Part shown: positions 1 to 9,350 of the stretch, piece after piece
Layout: each line of letters begins with the position of its first letter
Position numbering within the stretch: the first letter of the stretch is position 1
Origin: Gammaproteobacteria bacterium
GTDB lineage: Bacteria; Pseudomonadota; Gammaproteobacteria; UWMA-0217
Assembly: GCA_027081275.1 (NCBI GenBank)
Contig: JALWKV010000046.1
Location: forward strand, 2,315 to 66,314
Length of the DNA stretch: 64,000 nt
Direction: 5' to 3'
The notes under the pieces: model-generated
Database searches by the model: none
Told to the model about the DNA's origin: nothing
Seen by the model: only the letters and a program-made list of their open reading frames with translations
Translations under genes and position numbers: made by a program

Positions 1-505
1 GCCCTTCATCCGGCAAGCAGGTGAAGCGCTCGGGCTGGATGTCGCCTCGGAGAGCGCGCTGGCCGCCGGCCTGGTCATGGGCATCATGCTCATCCCCTTC
101 ATATCCTCGCTGTCCGACGATGCCCTGTCGGCCGTGCCGCGGGCAATGCGCGACGGTTCGCTAGGGCTCGGCGCCACCCGCTCCGAAACCATCCGCAAGG
201 TGCTGATTCCGGCCGCCCTGCCGGGCATCGTCGGCGGCATTCTGCTGGCGGCCTCGCGCGCTATCGGCGAGACGATGATCGTCGTCATGGCCGCCGGCCT
301 GTCGGCCAACCTCACCATCAACCCGCTGGAGGCCGTCACCACGGTCACCGTCCAGATCGTCACGCTGCTGACCGGCGACCAGGAATTCGACAGCCCGAAA
401 ACCTTGGCGGCCTTCGCGCTGGGGCTGGGCCTGTTCGTCATCACCCTGCTGCTGAACATCGTCGCACTGAAGGTCATCCGCAGATACCGGGAGCAATACG
501 AATGA
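1..505 (+). CDS. pstC: Phosphate ABC transporter permease PstC, C-terminal part; gene begins upstream of the window
   Basis: The ORF translation has ABC permease TM segments and an EAA-like loop (ASRAIGETMIVVMAAG), and sits directly upstream of pstA and pstB. Confidence 0.85.
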   Translation, partial: PFIRQAGEALGLDVASESALAAGLVMGIMLIPFISSLSDDALSAVPRAMRDGSLGLGATRSETIRKVLIPAALPGIVGGILLAASRAIGETMIVVMAAGLSANLTINPLEAVTTVTVQIVTLLTGDQEFDSPKTLAAFALGLGLFVITLLLNIVALKVIRRYREQYE

Positions 506-1782
506 CAGCCACCAGAGATCGCATCGAAGCCACGCTGCGTAAACGCTACCGACGGGAAAGGCTGTTCCGCTTTTTTGGTCTCGTCTCGCTGGGGATCAGC
601 TTTCTGTTTCTGCTGATTCTGCTGTTCACCATTTTCCGCACCGGCCTGCCGGCCTTTCAGCAGACCTGGATCAAGATCGATGTCGATCTCGATCCGGCCG
701 TGCTCGGCGTGGACCGGCACGCCTCGCAGGACGAACTGTTTGGCGCCAACTACGCCAAGGCGATCAAGGTCAGTCTGAGAAAAATATTTCCCGACGCCAA
801 GGGGCGCAAAAAGAAACGGGGGCTGAAAAATCTGGTGAGCAATTCGGCGCCGTGGCAGTTACGCGATGCCGTCATGAAACATCCGGACCTGATCGGCACG
901 ACGCACGCCTTCTGGTTTCTCGCCAAGGACGAAGTCGATGTCTTCATGAAGGGGCGGATCGACCGCAATCTGCCGGAGTCCGACCGCCGCCTCAAGGATT
1001 TCCAGCTCGCCTGGATCGACAAGCTGCTGGCGGAGGGGCGACTGGAAAAACGCTTCAATACCACGCTGTTCACCGCTGGCGACTCGCGCGAGCCGGAACA
1101 GGCCGGCGTTGCCGGCGCCATCATGGGCTCGTTCTTCACCATGCTGGTGACGCTGCTGCTCTCCTTCCCCATCGGCGTGGCGGCGGCGGCCTATCTGGAG
1201 GAATTCGCACCGCAGAACAACCGCTGGGTGGATTTCATCGAGGTCAACATCAACAACCTCGCTGCCGTGCCGTCGATCATCTTCGGCCTGCTGGGGCTCG
1301 CGGTCTTCATCAATTTCTTCGGCGTGCCACGCTCGACGCCGCTGGTTGGCGGCTTGGTGCTGACGCTGATGACGCTGCCGACGATCATCATCGCCAGTCG
1401 CGCCGCCATCAAGTCGGTGCCGCCGTCGATCAAGCAGGCCGCCATCGGACTCGGCGCCTCGCCAGTGCAGACCCTGTTCCATCACACCCTGCCGCTGGCC
1501 ATGCCGGGCATTCTCACCGGCACCATCATCGGCATGGCCCAGGCGCTCGGCGAAACCGCGCCGCTGCTGATGATCGGCATGGTGGCCTTCGTCGTCGACA
1601 TCCCGCACGGCATTCTCGATCCGGCAACGGTAATGCCGGTGCAGGTCTATCTCTGGTCGGACAGCCCGGAGCGGGCCTTCGTCGAGCGCACGTCCGCCGC
1701 GATCATCATCCTGCTGGGATTTCTGGTCGTGATGAACTCGGCGGCGATCCTGCTGCGGCGGCGGTTCGAGCGAAAATGGTAG
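502..1782 (+). CDS. pstA: Phosphate ABC transporter permease PstA, long form with an extended N-terminal region
   Basis: 426-aa ORF with C-terminal permease TM bundle ([14 protein letters not shown]). It overlaps the pstC stop by 4 nt, and pstB follows. Confidence 0.9.
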   Translation: MTATRDRIEATLRKRYRRERLFRFFGLVSLGISFLFLLILLFTIFRTGLPAFQQTWIKIDVDLDPAVLGVDRHASQDELFGANYAKAIKVSLRKIFPDAKGRKKKRGLKNLVSNSAPWQLRDAVMKHPDLIGTTHAFWFLAKDEVDVFMKGRIDRNLPESDRRLKDFQLAWIDKLLAEGRLEKRFNTTLFTAGDSREPEQAGVAGAIMGSFFTMLVTLLLSFPIGVAAAAYLEEFAPQNNRWVDFIEVNINNLAAVPSIIFGLLGLAVFINFFGVPRSTPLVGGLVLTLMTLPTIIIASRAAIKSVPPSIKQAAIGLGASPVQTLFHHTLPLAMPGILTGTIIGMAQALGETAPLLMIGMVAFVVDIPHGILDPATVMPVQVYLWSDSPERAFVERTSAAIIILLGFLVVMNSAAILLRRRFERKW

Positions 1783-1819
1783 GCTTCCGATTCAACCTTC
1801 AGACCATGCGAGCATCCTC

Positions 1820-2710
1820 ATGACAGACGTACTCCCCACGATGCCCGGACTTCCCACCGGTGAGACGGTCGTGGACGACACCCCGCCGATGACGGAAACG
1901 CGCGAAGAATTCGACGTAGAGATCAAGGGCACCGTCGGCGCACCCTTCGTCGATGACCCGAAGATGAGCGCGCGCCACAGCAACGTCTTCTACGGCGAGA
2001 AACAGGCGATCTTCGATGTCAGCCTCGACATCGGCAGAAACGAGATCATCGCCATGATCGGCCCTTCCGGTTGCGGCAAATCGACCTTTCTGCGAACGCT
2101 CAACCGAATGAACGACACGATTCCGATATGTCGGGTCGAGGGTGAGCACTGTCTCGATGGCGAAGACATCTACGCGCCCGACCAGGATCCGGTGCTGCTG
2201 CGGGCGCGGGTCGGCATGGTGTTCCAGAAGCCCAACCCCTTTCCCAAGTCGATCTACGACAATGTCGCCTACGGACCGCGCCTGCACGGCCTGGCGCGCA
2301 CGCGCGCCGAACTCGACGAGATCGTGGAGAAAAGTCTCGTGCGCGCCGGGCTGTTCAACGAAGTGAAGGACGATCTGCACAAACCCGGCACCGGCCTCTC
2401 CGGCGGACAGCAGCAGCGGCTCTGCATCGCGCGTGCCATCGCCGTCGATCCGGAGGTGATTCTGATGGACGAGCCGACCTCCGCGCTCGACCCGATCGCC
2501 ACCGCCACCATCGAGGAGCTGATGGACGAGCTGAAAAGCCGCTACACCATCGCCGTGGTCACCCATTCGATGCAGCAGGCCGCACGCGTTTCCCAGCGCA
2601 CCGCCTATTTCCACATGGGCAAGCTGGTCGAGGTCAATCCCACCAACCAGGTCTTTACCACGCCGCAGCACCAGCTGACGGAAAATTACATTACAGGCAG
2701 ATTCGGGTAA
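1820..2710 (+). CDS. pstB: Phosphate ABC transporter ATP-binding protein PstB. The start is uncertain because the ORF is ~40 aa longer at the N-terminus than E. coli PstB
   Basis: Walker [13 protein letters not shown] signature LSGGQQQRL and Walker [12 protein letters not shown]; lies between pstA and phoU. Confidence 0.9.
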   Translation: MTDVLPTMPGLPTGETVVDDTPPMTETREEFDVEIKGTVGAPFVDDPKMSARHSNVFYGEKQAIFDVSLDIGRNEIIAMIGPSGCGKSTFLRTLNRMNDTIPICRVEGEHCLDGEDIYAPDQDPVLLRARVGMVFQKPNPFPKSIYDNVAYGPRLHGLARTRAELDEIVEKSLVRAGLFNEVKDDLHKPGTGLSGGQQQRLCIARAIAVDPEVILMDEPTSALDPIATATIEELMDELKSRYTIAVVTHSMQQAARVSQRTAYFHMGKLVEVNPTNQVFTTPQHQLTENYITGRFG

Positions 2711-2715
2711 CAGTC

Positions 2716-3429
2716 ATGGAAATCGGACATCACATATCGCAGCGCTACAACCAGGAGCTGGAAGAGATTCGCACCCACGTGCTGAAAATGGGGGCGCTGG
2801 TCGAGTCGCAGGCCGAAAACGCCGTCAAGGCGCTGCTGGAACGGGACGGCAAGCTGGCAAAAAAGGTCGCCTCGTCGGACTACATGGTCAACCGGATGGA
2901 GGTGGAAATCGACGAGGAGTGCACCCAGGTGCTGGCGCGCCGGCAACCGGCCGCGTCGGATCTGCGGCTGATCATCGCCGTCATCAAGGTCATTACCGAT
3001 CTGGAGCGCATCGGCGACGAGGCGGAAAAAATCGGCCGCTATTCCCGCAAGCTGGCGAAGAAACCGCCCATCACCGGGATGCACGCCACACTGTCCCATC
3101 TCGGCGAACTCGTCCTCGGCATGCTCCACCAGGCCCTCGACGCCTTCGCCAGAATGGATACCGAACAGGCATTGTCGGTCATTACCGGCAGCAACAACAT
3201 CAACGATGAATTCGATGATCTGTCGCGCCTGCTGATCACCTACATGATGGAAGACCCCCACAATATCAAGCAGGCGTTGCGGGTCATCTGGTGCGCCCGC
3301 GCGCTGGAGCGCATCGGCGACCACTCGCGGAACATCTGCGAATACGTCATTTTTCTGGTCAGGGGCAAGGACATCCGGCATACCGATCTTCAGGAAATCC
3401 TGGACGAAATTCCTGACGACGCCGACTGA
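2716..3429 (+). CDS. phoU: Phosphate signalling regulator PhoU
   Basis: 237 aa with the duplicated PhoU helical repeat (ERIGD appears twice); typical position downstream of pstB. Confidence 0.9.
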   Translation: MEIGHHISQRYNQELEEIRTHVLKMGALVESQAENAVKALLERDGKLAKKVASSDYMVNRMEVEIDEECTQVLARRQPAASDLRLIIAVIKVITDLERIGDEAEKIGRYSRKLAKKPPITGMHATLSHLGELVLGMLHQALDAFARMDTEQALSVITGSNNINDEFDDLSRLLITYMMEDPHNIKQALRVIWCARALERIGDHSRNICEYVIFLVRGKDIRHTDLQEILDEIPDDAD

Positions 3430-3437
3430 CTGCGCCC

Positions 3438-4130
3438 ATGTTCACGATTCTGATCGTCGAGGACGATGCCGCCATCCGCGAGATGCTGCGCAGTTTCCTC
3501 ACGAACAATCGATATCACGTCATCGAAGCTGAAAATGCACGACAGGCTTTGGACAGTCTGTCCGAGCGCAATCCCGATCTGATTCTTCTCGACTGGATGC
3601 TGCCGGACATGAGCGGCCCGGAAATGCTCCGGTCGCTGCGCAACAATCCCGTGCACAAGGATCTGCCCGTCATCATGCTGACCGCGCGCGCCGAGGAGGA
3701 GGACAAGATCGAGGGGCTGGAATCGGGCTCCGACGACTATCTCACCAAACCCTTTTCGATGCAGGAGCTGGCCGCGCGCATCAAGGCGCTGCTGCGTCGC
3801 AGCCATCGACTCGATAATGATCTGCGCCTTCAGGTCGGCCCGCTGTCGCTAGACCCCGGCAAACGCGAGTTCGCCATTCACGGCAAGCCCATCTCCATCG
3901 GCCCGACGGAATATCGTCTTGTCCATTACCTGATGCGCACCGCCGGGCGTCTGCACAGCCGCTCCCAACTGCTCGACCAGGTCTGGGGTCAGGGCAGCTT
4001 TATCGAGGAGCGGACCGTCGATGTCCATATCCTGCGTCTGCGCAAATTGCTGAAGAAACACGGCGCGGCGGACATGGTGGAGACGGTTCGCGGCGCCGGC
4101 TATCGCCTGCGGGAGCCCGGAAATGGATAG
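3438..4130 (+). CDS. phoB: Phosphate regulon response regulator PhoB (OmpR family)
   Basis: Receiver domain (LILLDWMLPDMSG) plus winged-helix C-terminus (TVDVHILRLRK); overlaps phoR by 8 nt. Confidence 0.9.
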   Translation: MFTILIVEDDAAIREMLRSFLTNNRYHVIEAENARQALDSLSERNPDLILLDWMLPDMSGPEMLRSLRNNPVHKDLPVIMLTARAEEEDKIEGLESGSDDYLTKPFSMQELAARIKALLRRSHRLDNDLRLQVGPLSLDPGKREFAIHGKPISIGPTEYRLVHYLMRTAGRLHSRSQLLDQVWGQGSFIEERTVDVHILRLRKLLKKHGAADMVETVRGAGYRLREPGNG

Positions 4131-5397
4131 TGTCGAACGCTGGCGCATCGGGCTCGTTCTGTTTCTCGCCGCCACCGGGGGACTGATCACCGACTATTGG
4201 CTCGCAAGCCTGACCGTGGCGCTGGCCGGTTACGCTGGCTGGCTGCTGTTCAAGCAGCAACAGCTCTACGACTGGCTGGCGGCGGGCGCGTCTCCCGACA
4301 ATCCTCCCGATTGCAATGGCATCTGGGAGCGCATCACCTATCAGATTCTGACGATGCAGAAAAAAAGCGAAAAACGCAAGAAGGCCATGAGCCGCCTGCT
4401 GCGCCGCTCCCAAGGCATCGTCAGCGCCCTGCCCTACGCCGCCGTGCTGCTGAACAAGCGCAACGAGATCGAATGGGCCAACAAGGTGGCGGGGCAATGG
4501 CTCAATATCAAGGCCAAACGCGATCAGGGGCAACGGCTGGAAAATCTGCTGCGCGTTCCCGAAGTCTATGTCCTGCTGGAGAATCGCTCACGAGATGAAA
4601 TCGAAATCATCTTTCCACCCGGCGGGTCGCGTCAGCTTGCGATCCAGATCATGCCAATCAAGAAGGGTCCGAAGCTGCTGATCGCCCGCGACATCACCGA
4701 AGCCACGCAGATTCGGCAGCTGCGACGCAGCTTCATCGCCAACGCCTCGCATGAGTTGCGCACGCCGCTCACCGTGGTCAGCGGCTATCTCGAAATGCTT
4801 CACCATGACGAGACGCTGCCAGAAACACTGATACCGGCGGTCGCTGCCGCCGAGCAGCAGGCGCAGCAGATGCAGCGCATCATCGAGGATCTACTGACGC
4901 TGTCGCGACTGGAAAGCTCCAGTATCGACGCAGGCGACCTGGAGGTCATCGACATGACCGAGCTGATCGAGCACCACTGCCTCGACACCGCCCGCCAGCT
5001 CGGCGGCGAGACCCACCAGATCGAGAGTCATGTCGACGCCGGCCTGACGATTCGCGGCATTCCGGCAGAGATCATCAGCGTCTGCACCAACCTCGTCAGC
5101 AACGCCATCCGCCACACCCCACCGGGCACGACGGTACGCATCGAACTGAAACAGCACACGGACAGGATGACCTGCCTCAGCGTCAGCGACAACGGCCCCG
5201 GCATCCCGGCCAGGCACATTCCCCATCTCACGGAGCGTTTCTACCGCGTCGACAAGGGCAGATCCCGTGAAACAGGCGGCACCGGCCTGGGCCTCGCCAT
5301 CGTCCAGCATATCGTCAACCGGCATGACGGCAGGCTGACGATCGAAAGCGAACCCGGCCAGGGCACGACCTTTCGGGCCTGTTTTCCCTGCTGCTGA
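4123..5397 (+). CDS. phoR: Phosphate regulon sensor histidine kinase PhoR
   Basis: N-terminal TM segments, H-box ASHELRTPLT and HATPase motifs (SDNGPGIP, GGTGLGLAIV). Confidence 0.85.
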   Translation: MDSVERWRIGLVLFLAATGGLITDYWLASLTVALAGYAGWLLFKQQQLYDWLAAGASPDNPPDCNGIWERITYQILTMQKKSEKRKKAMSRLLRRSQGIVSALPYAAVLLNKRNEIEWANKVAGQWLNIKAKRDQGQRLENLLRVPEVYVLLENRSRDEIEIIFPPGGSRQLAIQIMPIKKGPKLLIARDITEATQIRQLRRSFIANASHELRTPLTVVSGYLEMLHHDETLPETLIPAVAAAEQQAQQMQRIIEDLLTLSRLESSSIDAGDLEVIDMTELIEHHCLDTARQLGGETHQIESHVDAGLTIRGIPAEIISVCTNLVSNAIRHTPPGTTVRIELKQHTDRMTCLSVSDNGPGIPARHIPHLTERFYRVDKGRSRETGGTGLGLAIVQHIVNRHDGRLTIESEPGQGTTFRACFPCC

Positions 5398-5408
5398 CGG
5401 CCCTCGCC

Positions 5409-7106
5409 TCAGAAAGGCGCCGGCGCATGGAACGACAGTTCGCGCCCCGTCACCGGATGGCGGATTTCCAGCGCCTCGGCATGCAGCATCATTCTCGGCG
5501 CGGGCACCGTGCCGTAGAGCTCGTCACCAATGATCGGCAAGCCGAGTCCGGCCGGATGGGCGACATGAACGCGCAGCTGGTGGGTGCGACCGGTCAGCGG
5601 AAAGAGATGCAGGCGGCTGCGATCACCCTCGCGCGCCACCACGCGCCAGCGCGTCGTGGCCGGCTTGCCATGCCGATGGCAGACCAGCTGGCGTGGCCGA
5701 TCATCGAGATCGACCCGCAGCGGCAGCTCGATGACGCCCTCCTCCGCCTCCGGTTCGCCGGCTACGATCGCCACATAGCGCTTGCGCACGCTGCGTTCGA
5801 GGAACTGGCGTTGCAGCCGCTTGTGAACTTCTGGTGTCAGCGCCGCCAGCAGCAGGCCGGAGGTGCCGAGATCGAGGCGGTGTACCAGCAGCGGACCACT
5901 CGCCTTCGGAAAACGGCGACGCAGCCGCATCAATACCGAATCTGCCACCGCCTTGCCAGGCACCGAGAGCAAGCCGGCCGGCTTGTCGATGACGAGCAGA
6001 TGATCGTCGCGATAGACGATATCGAGCGCATCCTCCTCCGCCAGCAGAAAGGGGCCGGGTTCGGGCGCCAGTTCGACGCCCCGCAGCATGAACGGCAGGA
6101 TCGGCCGACACTTTCCGCGACAGGCCGGATAGAAGCGTCCATGATGGCGCACGCCGGAGTCGGGCGGACGGCCCCACCAGAACTCCGCCATGGCGAGCGG
6201 CGTCATGCCGTGCGTGACGGCATGGTGGATCAGCTTTGGCCCGGCGCAGTCGCCGGCGCCGCCGGGCGCCAGTGCATCGGGAAAAAGCGCTTTCAACGGC
6301 TTCGTTTCGCCCAGCAGATTGGCCAGCCGGTAACCGTCGAAGACGCGCTGCTGCAGCGATTGCGACAACTCCCGTCGCACCCGTTCGAGCGCCGTGATCT
6401 CGGCTTCGAGCGCTTCGACCTGCTGCCGCAGTGCGTCGATGCGACCATCCCACTGTCGCCGCAGCGCCTTCCTCTCGCGCTTGTCCCGCTGGCTCTGCCG
6501 CTCGAGCGCGGCCAGCGCCGCTGCCCTGTCGGCTCGATCCATCACCGTTGCGAGTCGCTCCCGCTCTCGCCGACGCCGGGCGCGGTTTTCCCGCTGCATC
6601 CGCCGGCAGGCCGCCAGCTCCCGCTCGGCCTGCTTGCGCGCTTCATCGAGCGCCCGTCTCGCGGTGGTCAGCGTGGTACTTTGCCGCAGTGCATCGAGCT
6701 GCCGCGCCAGCGCATCAAGCCGGCGTTCTCCGGCGGCGAGAAAAGCCTGACGCTCCGCGGGATCGAACACCGGAGGCACGAATCCGGGCCACTCCCAGCG
6801 CTCGTCGATCATCCCCGAAAAGCCGGCCAGATAACCCAGCTCGCCGGAGCCGGCGCGCACCACCAGCACGCCGAACATCTTCCCCTCGCGCCTTTCCCAC
6901 TGCGGATAACGCTCCCGGAGAAAGCGCTGCAACAGGGCGGCGGCCTCCCGCGCCAGCGGATGCGGCGTGGCGGCAAAGGGCGAGGGAAAGACCAGTGGCG
7001 GTGGCGGCAGGGAGAGATCCGGCGGAAAACGGTGGAAAGGGCTCATCGATCGGCGGGCGGGGGCAACGGGAAGGTTGGTATGATGGCGCCCCGCCACACC
7101 AATCAC
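5409..7106 (-). CDS. RluA-family pseudouridine synthase, long form with N-terminal extension and central Arg/Glu-rich coiled coil
   Basis: C-terminal catalytic region HRLDLGTSGLLLAALT...KRYVAIVAG matches RluA-family motifs. N-terminal GKMFGVLVV region. Exact start uncertain. Confidence 0.75.
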   Translation of the reverse strand: MIGVAGRHHTNLPVAPARRSMSPFHRFPPDLSLPPPPLVFPSPFAATPHPLAREAAALLQRFLRERYPQWERREGKMFGVLVVRAGSGELGYLAGFSGMIDERWEWPGFVPPVFDPAERQAFLAAGERRLDALARQLDALRQSTTLTTARRALDEARKQAERELAACRRMQRENRARRRRERERLATVMDRADRAAALAALERQSQRDKRERKALRRQWDGRIDALRQQVEALEAEITALERVRRELSQSLQQRVFDGYRLANLLGETKPLKALFPDALAPGGAGDCAGPKLIHHAVTHGMTPLAMAEFWWGRPPDSGVRHHGRFYPACRGKCRPILPFMLRGVELAPEPGPFLLAEEDALDIVYRDDHLLVIDKPAGLLSVPGKAVADSVLMRLRRRFPKASGPLLVHRLDLGTSGLLLAALTPEVHKRLQRQFLERSVRKRYVAIVAGEPEAEEGVIELPLRVDLDDRPRQLVCHRHGKPATTRWRVVAREGDRSRLHLFPLTGRTHQLRVHVAHPAGLGLPIIGDELYGTVPAPRMMLHAEALEIRHPVTGRELSFHAPAPF

Positions 7107-7119
7107 AAATGCAACCGCA

Positions 7120-8275
7120 ATGGACAGACTTCAGACAGCAATCGCTCCGTTTCTCGACACGATCTCCGCCGAGCCGTGGCTGCAGACGCTGGTCGTCGTG
7201 GTCGTGACCCTGCTGCTGGCGCGGCTGGCCACGGTGCTCGTGCTTGGCGCGCTACGCTTTCTCGTCGGTCGCACCCGCTCCCGGCTCGATGACGAAATCC
7301 TCGGCGCGCTGGAGACACCGCTGGTCTACACGCTGGTCATGGTCGGACTGCTTGCGGCCGTGGCGATCATGCCGGTGGAGGCGCGGCTCCAGCATATTCT
7401 CAGCGGGTTGCTGCGCAGTATCGGCATCATCGTCTGGGCGCGTTTCCTTATCCGTCTGACCAAGCTGCTGATGACCCGCGCCGCCCGCCGCGCCGGAGAA
7501 AATCAACTGCTGCAAAGCGCCACGCTGCCGCTGTTCGAAAACCTCGCCTTCGTCATCATCGTCGCGCTGGCCGTCTATCTAATCTTCGACACCTGGGGCA
7601 TCGACATGACCGCCTGGCTGGCCTCCGCCGGCATCATCGGTATCGCCGTCGGCTTCGCCGCCAAGGACACGCTGGCCAACCTTTTCTCCGGGGTATTCAT
7701 TTTGATCAAGCGGGTATAACGTGAAAACAAGTGGTTGAGATGCTGGATATCCACTGTTGATTTGTTATGTTCGTTTGATCTTGACGGATATGCCATACAA
7801 GATCGGCGACTACGTCGTGCTCGACTCCGGCGAACGCGGCTGCGTCACCCAAATCGGCATCCGCAGCACCCGCCTGCTGACCCGCGACGACGTGGAGCTG
7901 ACCATCCCCAACTCCATCATGGGCAACTCCAAGATCATCAACCAGTCCGGCGGACCCTACAAGAAATTCCGCATCCGCGTCCCCGTCGGCGCCGCCTACG
8001 GCTCCGACATCGACCAGGTCAAGGCAGTGCTGCTGGCAATCGGCAGGGAAAACGACATGACCTGCGACGAACCCGAACCACGCGTGCGCTTCCGCGCCCT
8101 CGGCGCCTCCAGCCTCGACTTCGAACTGCTCTGCTGGGTGGACGACCCGGCGCTGCGCGGACGCGCCGTCGATGCGCTGCTAAGCACGATCTACAAGCGG
8201 TTCAATGAGGAGGGAATCGAGATTCCTTATAGCAAGCAGGATGTTTATATCAAGGAGATACCGGGGCGGAAATAG
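7120..8275 (+). pseudogene. MscS-family mechanosensitive channel split into two frames (7120..7719 and 7757..8275) by a 79-bp insertion; pseudogene or sequencing artefact
   Basis: ORF1 ends ...NLFSGVFILIKR and ORF2 resumes PYKIGDYVVLDSGERG..., which together reconstitute the conserved MscS pore-helix/beta-domain junction (E. coli LLVMFRPFRAGEYV). The frames differ by +1. Confidence 0.7.
7714..7792. other. 79-bp AT-rich (~38% GC) insertion interrupting the MscS gene
   Basis: Length not divisible by 3; GC far below the local ~65%. Imperfect direct repeat tttgatcaagcgg / tttgatcttgacgg at upstream flank and 3' end of insert. Confidence 0.6.
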
Positions 8276-8530
8276 TTGTTTGCCGGGTGGGCTTTGCCTG
8301 ATCTGGCCTACACGATGCGCCGTCAGGCAATGACTGCGATAGCAGGCGAGCCGTACCAATTTACCCTTCGTCCCGCCCGAGCATCGCAGGCCCGGGCGGA
8401 TCAGGCCCGCAGGGGCAGGCCAGGGATGGCCTGCGTTGGCCGCGCGGATGGACGCGTCGGCCAACCCCCGGTCGGGCCGAGAAGCACAGGAAACAGCAGG
8501 ATGAGCGGGCGGCATTTTTTCGCTCCAGTG

Positions 8531-8656
8531 GCCGCTCAGCACGGTTGGATTTTGTTTCAGATCAAGGCATTTTCGCGCACAGCGAGGGCGCATACACGCA
8601 GTATGCAACCGAGCGAGCACGAAAATAACGCAGAGATGGAACAAAAGACGACCGTG
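8531..8656 (-). repeat. Repeat family A (MITE-like, ~135 bp), copy 1
   Basis: Reverse-complement match (~95% identity) to 26483..26621 and 33746..33877. Internal ~25-bp imperfect terminal inverted repeats (ttttgttccatatctgcgttattttc / gaaaatgccttgatctgaaacaaaa). Confidence 0.8.
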
Positions 8657-8698
8657 ATGGGCGGTCACTGTCCCTATTTGTTGCCGTTTACAAAAAGG

Positions 8699-8735
8699 GA
8701 CTCGGCCCCTCGGGAGGGGGCCGAAACCAGCAGGA
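8699..8735 (-). terminator. Rho-independent terminator on the minus strand, downstream of sbcD and the tandem repeat array
   Basis: GC-rich hairpin cggccccctcccgaggggccg followed by ttttt when read on the minus strand. Confidence 0.5.
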
Positions 8736-8789
8736 CGCCTGCCAGGCCCGTGACACGGGCAGAGCGGTAATAAGTGAACAACCGTCCCC

Positions 8790-9350
8790 CCGTCATTCCG
8801 GGCTTAGCGCAACGGAGACCCGGAATCCAGGCCGAGGTACTGGATTCCCGCTTTCGCGGGAATGACGGTGAATCGGTTCGCCGGGCGTGGGAATATGCTG
8901 ACAGGGAGCAGATACCAGCCACTCTGGGCCATCACGCCATTCCGGGCGGAGTGAAACGGAGACCCGGAATCCACGCCGAGGTATTGGATTCCCGCTTTCG
9001 CGGGAATGACGGTGGGTGAATTCTACGGGCGTGGGAATGCGCTAACAGGGAGCAGATACCAGCCACTCTGCGCCATCACGTCATTCCGGGCGGAGTGAAA
9101 CGAAGACCCGGAATCCATGCCGAGGCACTGGATTCCCGCTTTCGCGGGAATGACGGTGGATCGGTTCGCCGTGCGTGTGAATACGATGATAGCGAGCGGA
9201 TACCAGCCCCGCTGCTCCGTCATTCCGGGCGGAGTGAAACAAAGATCCGGAATCCACGCCGAGGTATTGGATTCCCGCTTTCGCGGGAATGACGGAATGG
9301 GGATTCGACTGGCTTGGGAATGCACTGATAGGGGCGGATTCCCTACTCCT
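8790..9350. repeat. Tandem array of four ~140-bp units (147/143/139/132 bp). Each has a ~78-bp conserved core with nested inverted repeats and a more diverged ~60-bp remainder
   Basis: Core gtcattccgggcggagtgaaacggagacccggaatccacgccgaggtattggattcccgctttcgcgggaatgacgg occurs 4 times. It contains attccggg-N16-cccggaat and ATTCCCgctttcgcGGGAAT, the same form as neisserial dRS3 (ATTCCC-N8-GGGAAT). Abuts the sbcD stop codon. Confidence 0.85.

Noticed and set aside
7714-7792. Programmed frameshift, intein or intron explanation for the MscS split
   Set aside because: 79 nt is far too short for an intein or a group I/II intron. No slippery heptamer is apparent. Composition (38% GC) fits a foreign insertion or an indel/assembly artefact.
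8180-8668. 162-aa ORF on the minus strand, and the similar ORFs 26511..27497(+) and 26547..26849(-) starting in repeat A copies
   Set aside because: The conserved peptide CVIFVLARLHTACMRPRCARKCLDLKQNP is just repeat family A translated. ORFs extend through non-coding GC-rich DNA with no codon periodicity.
8790-9350. CRISPR array interpretation of the tandem repeats
   Set aside because: Units are ~140 bp with a 78-bp conserved core and mutually similar 'spacers'. There is no 24-48-bp repeat or unique-spacer architecture and no cas genes in the window.
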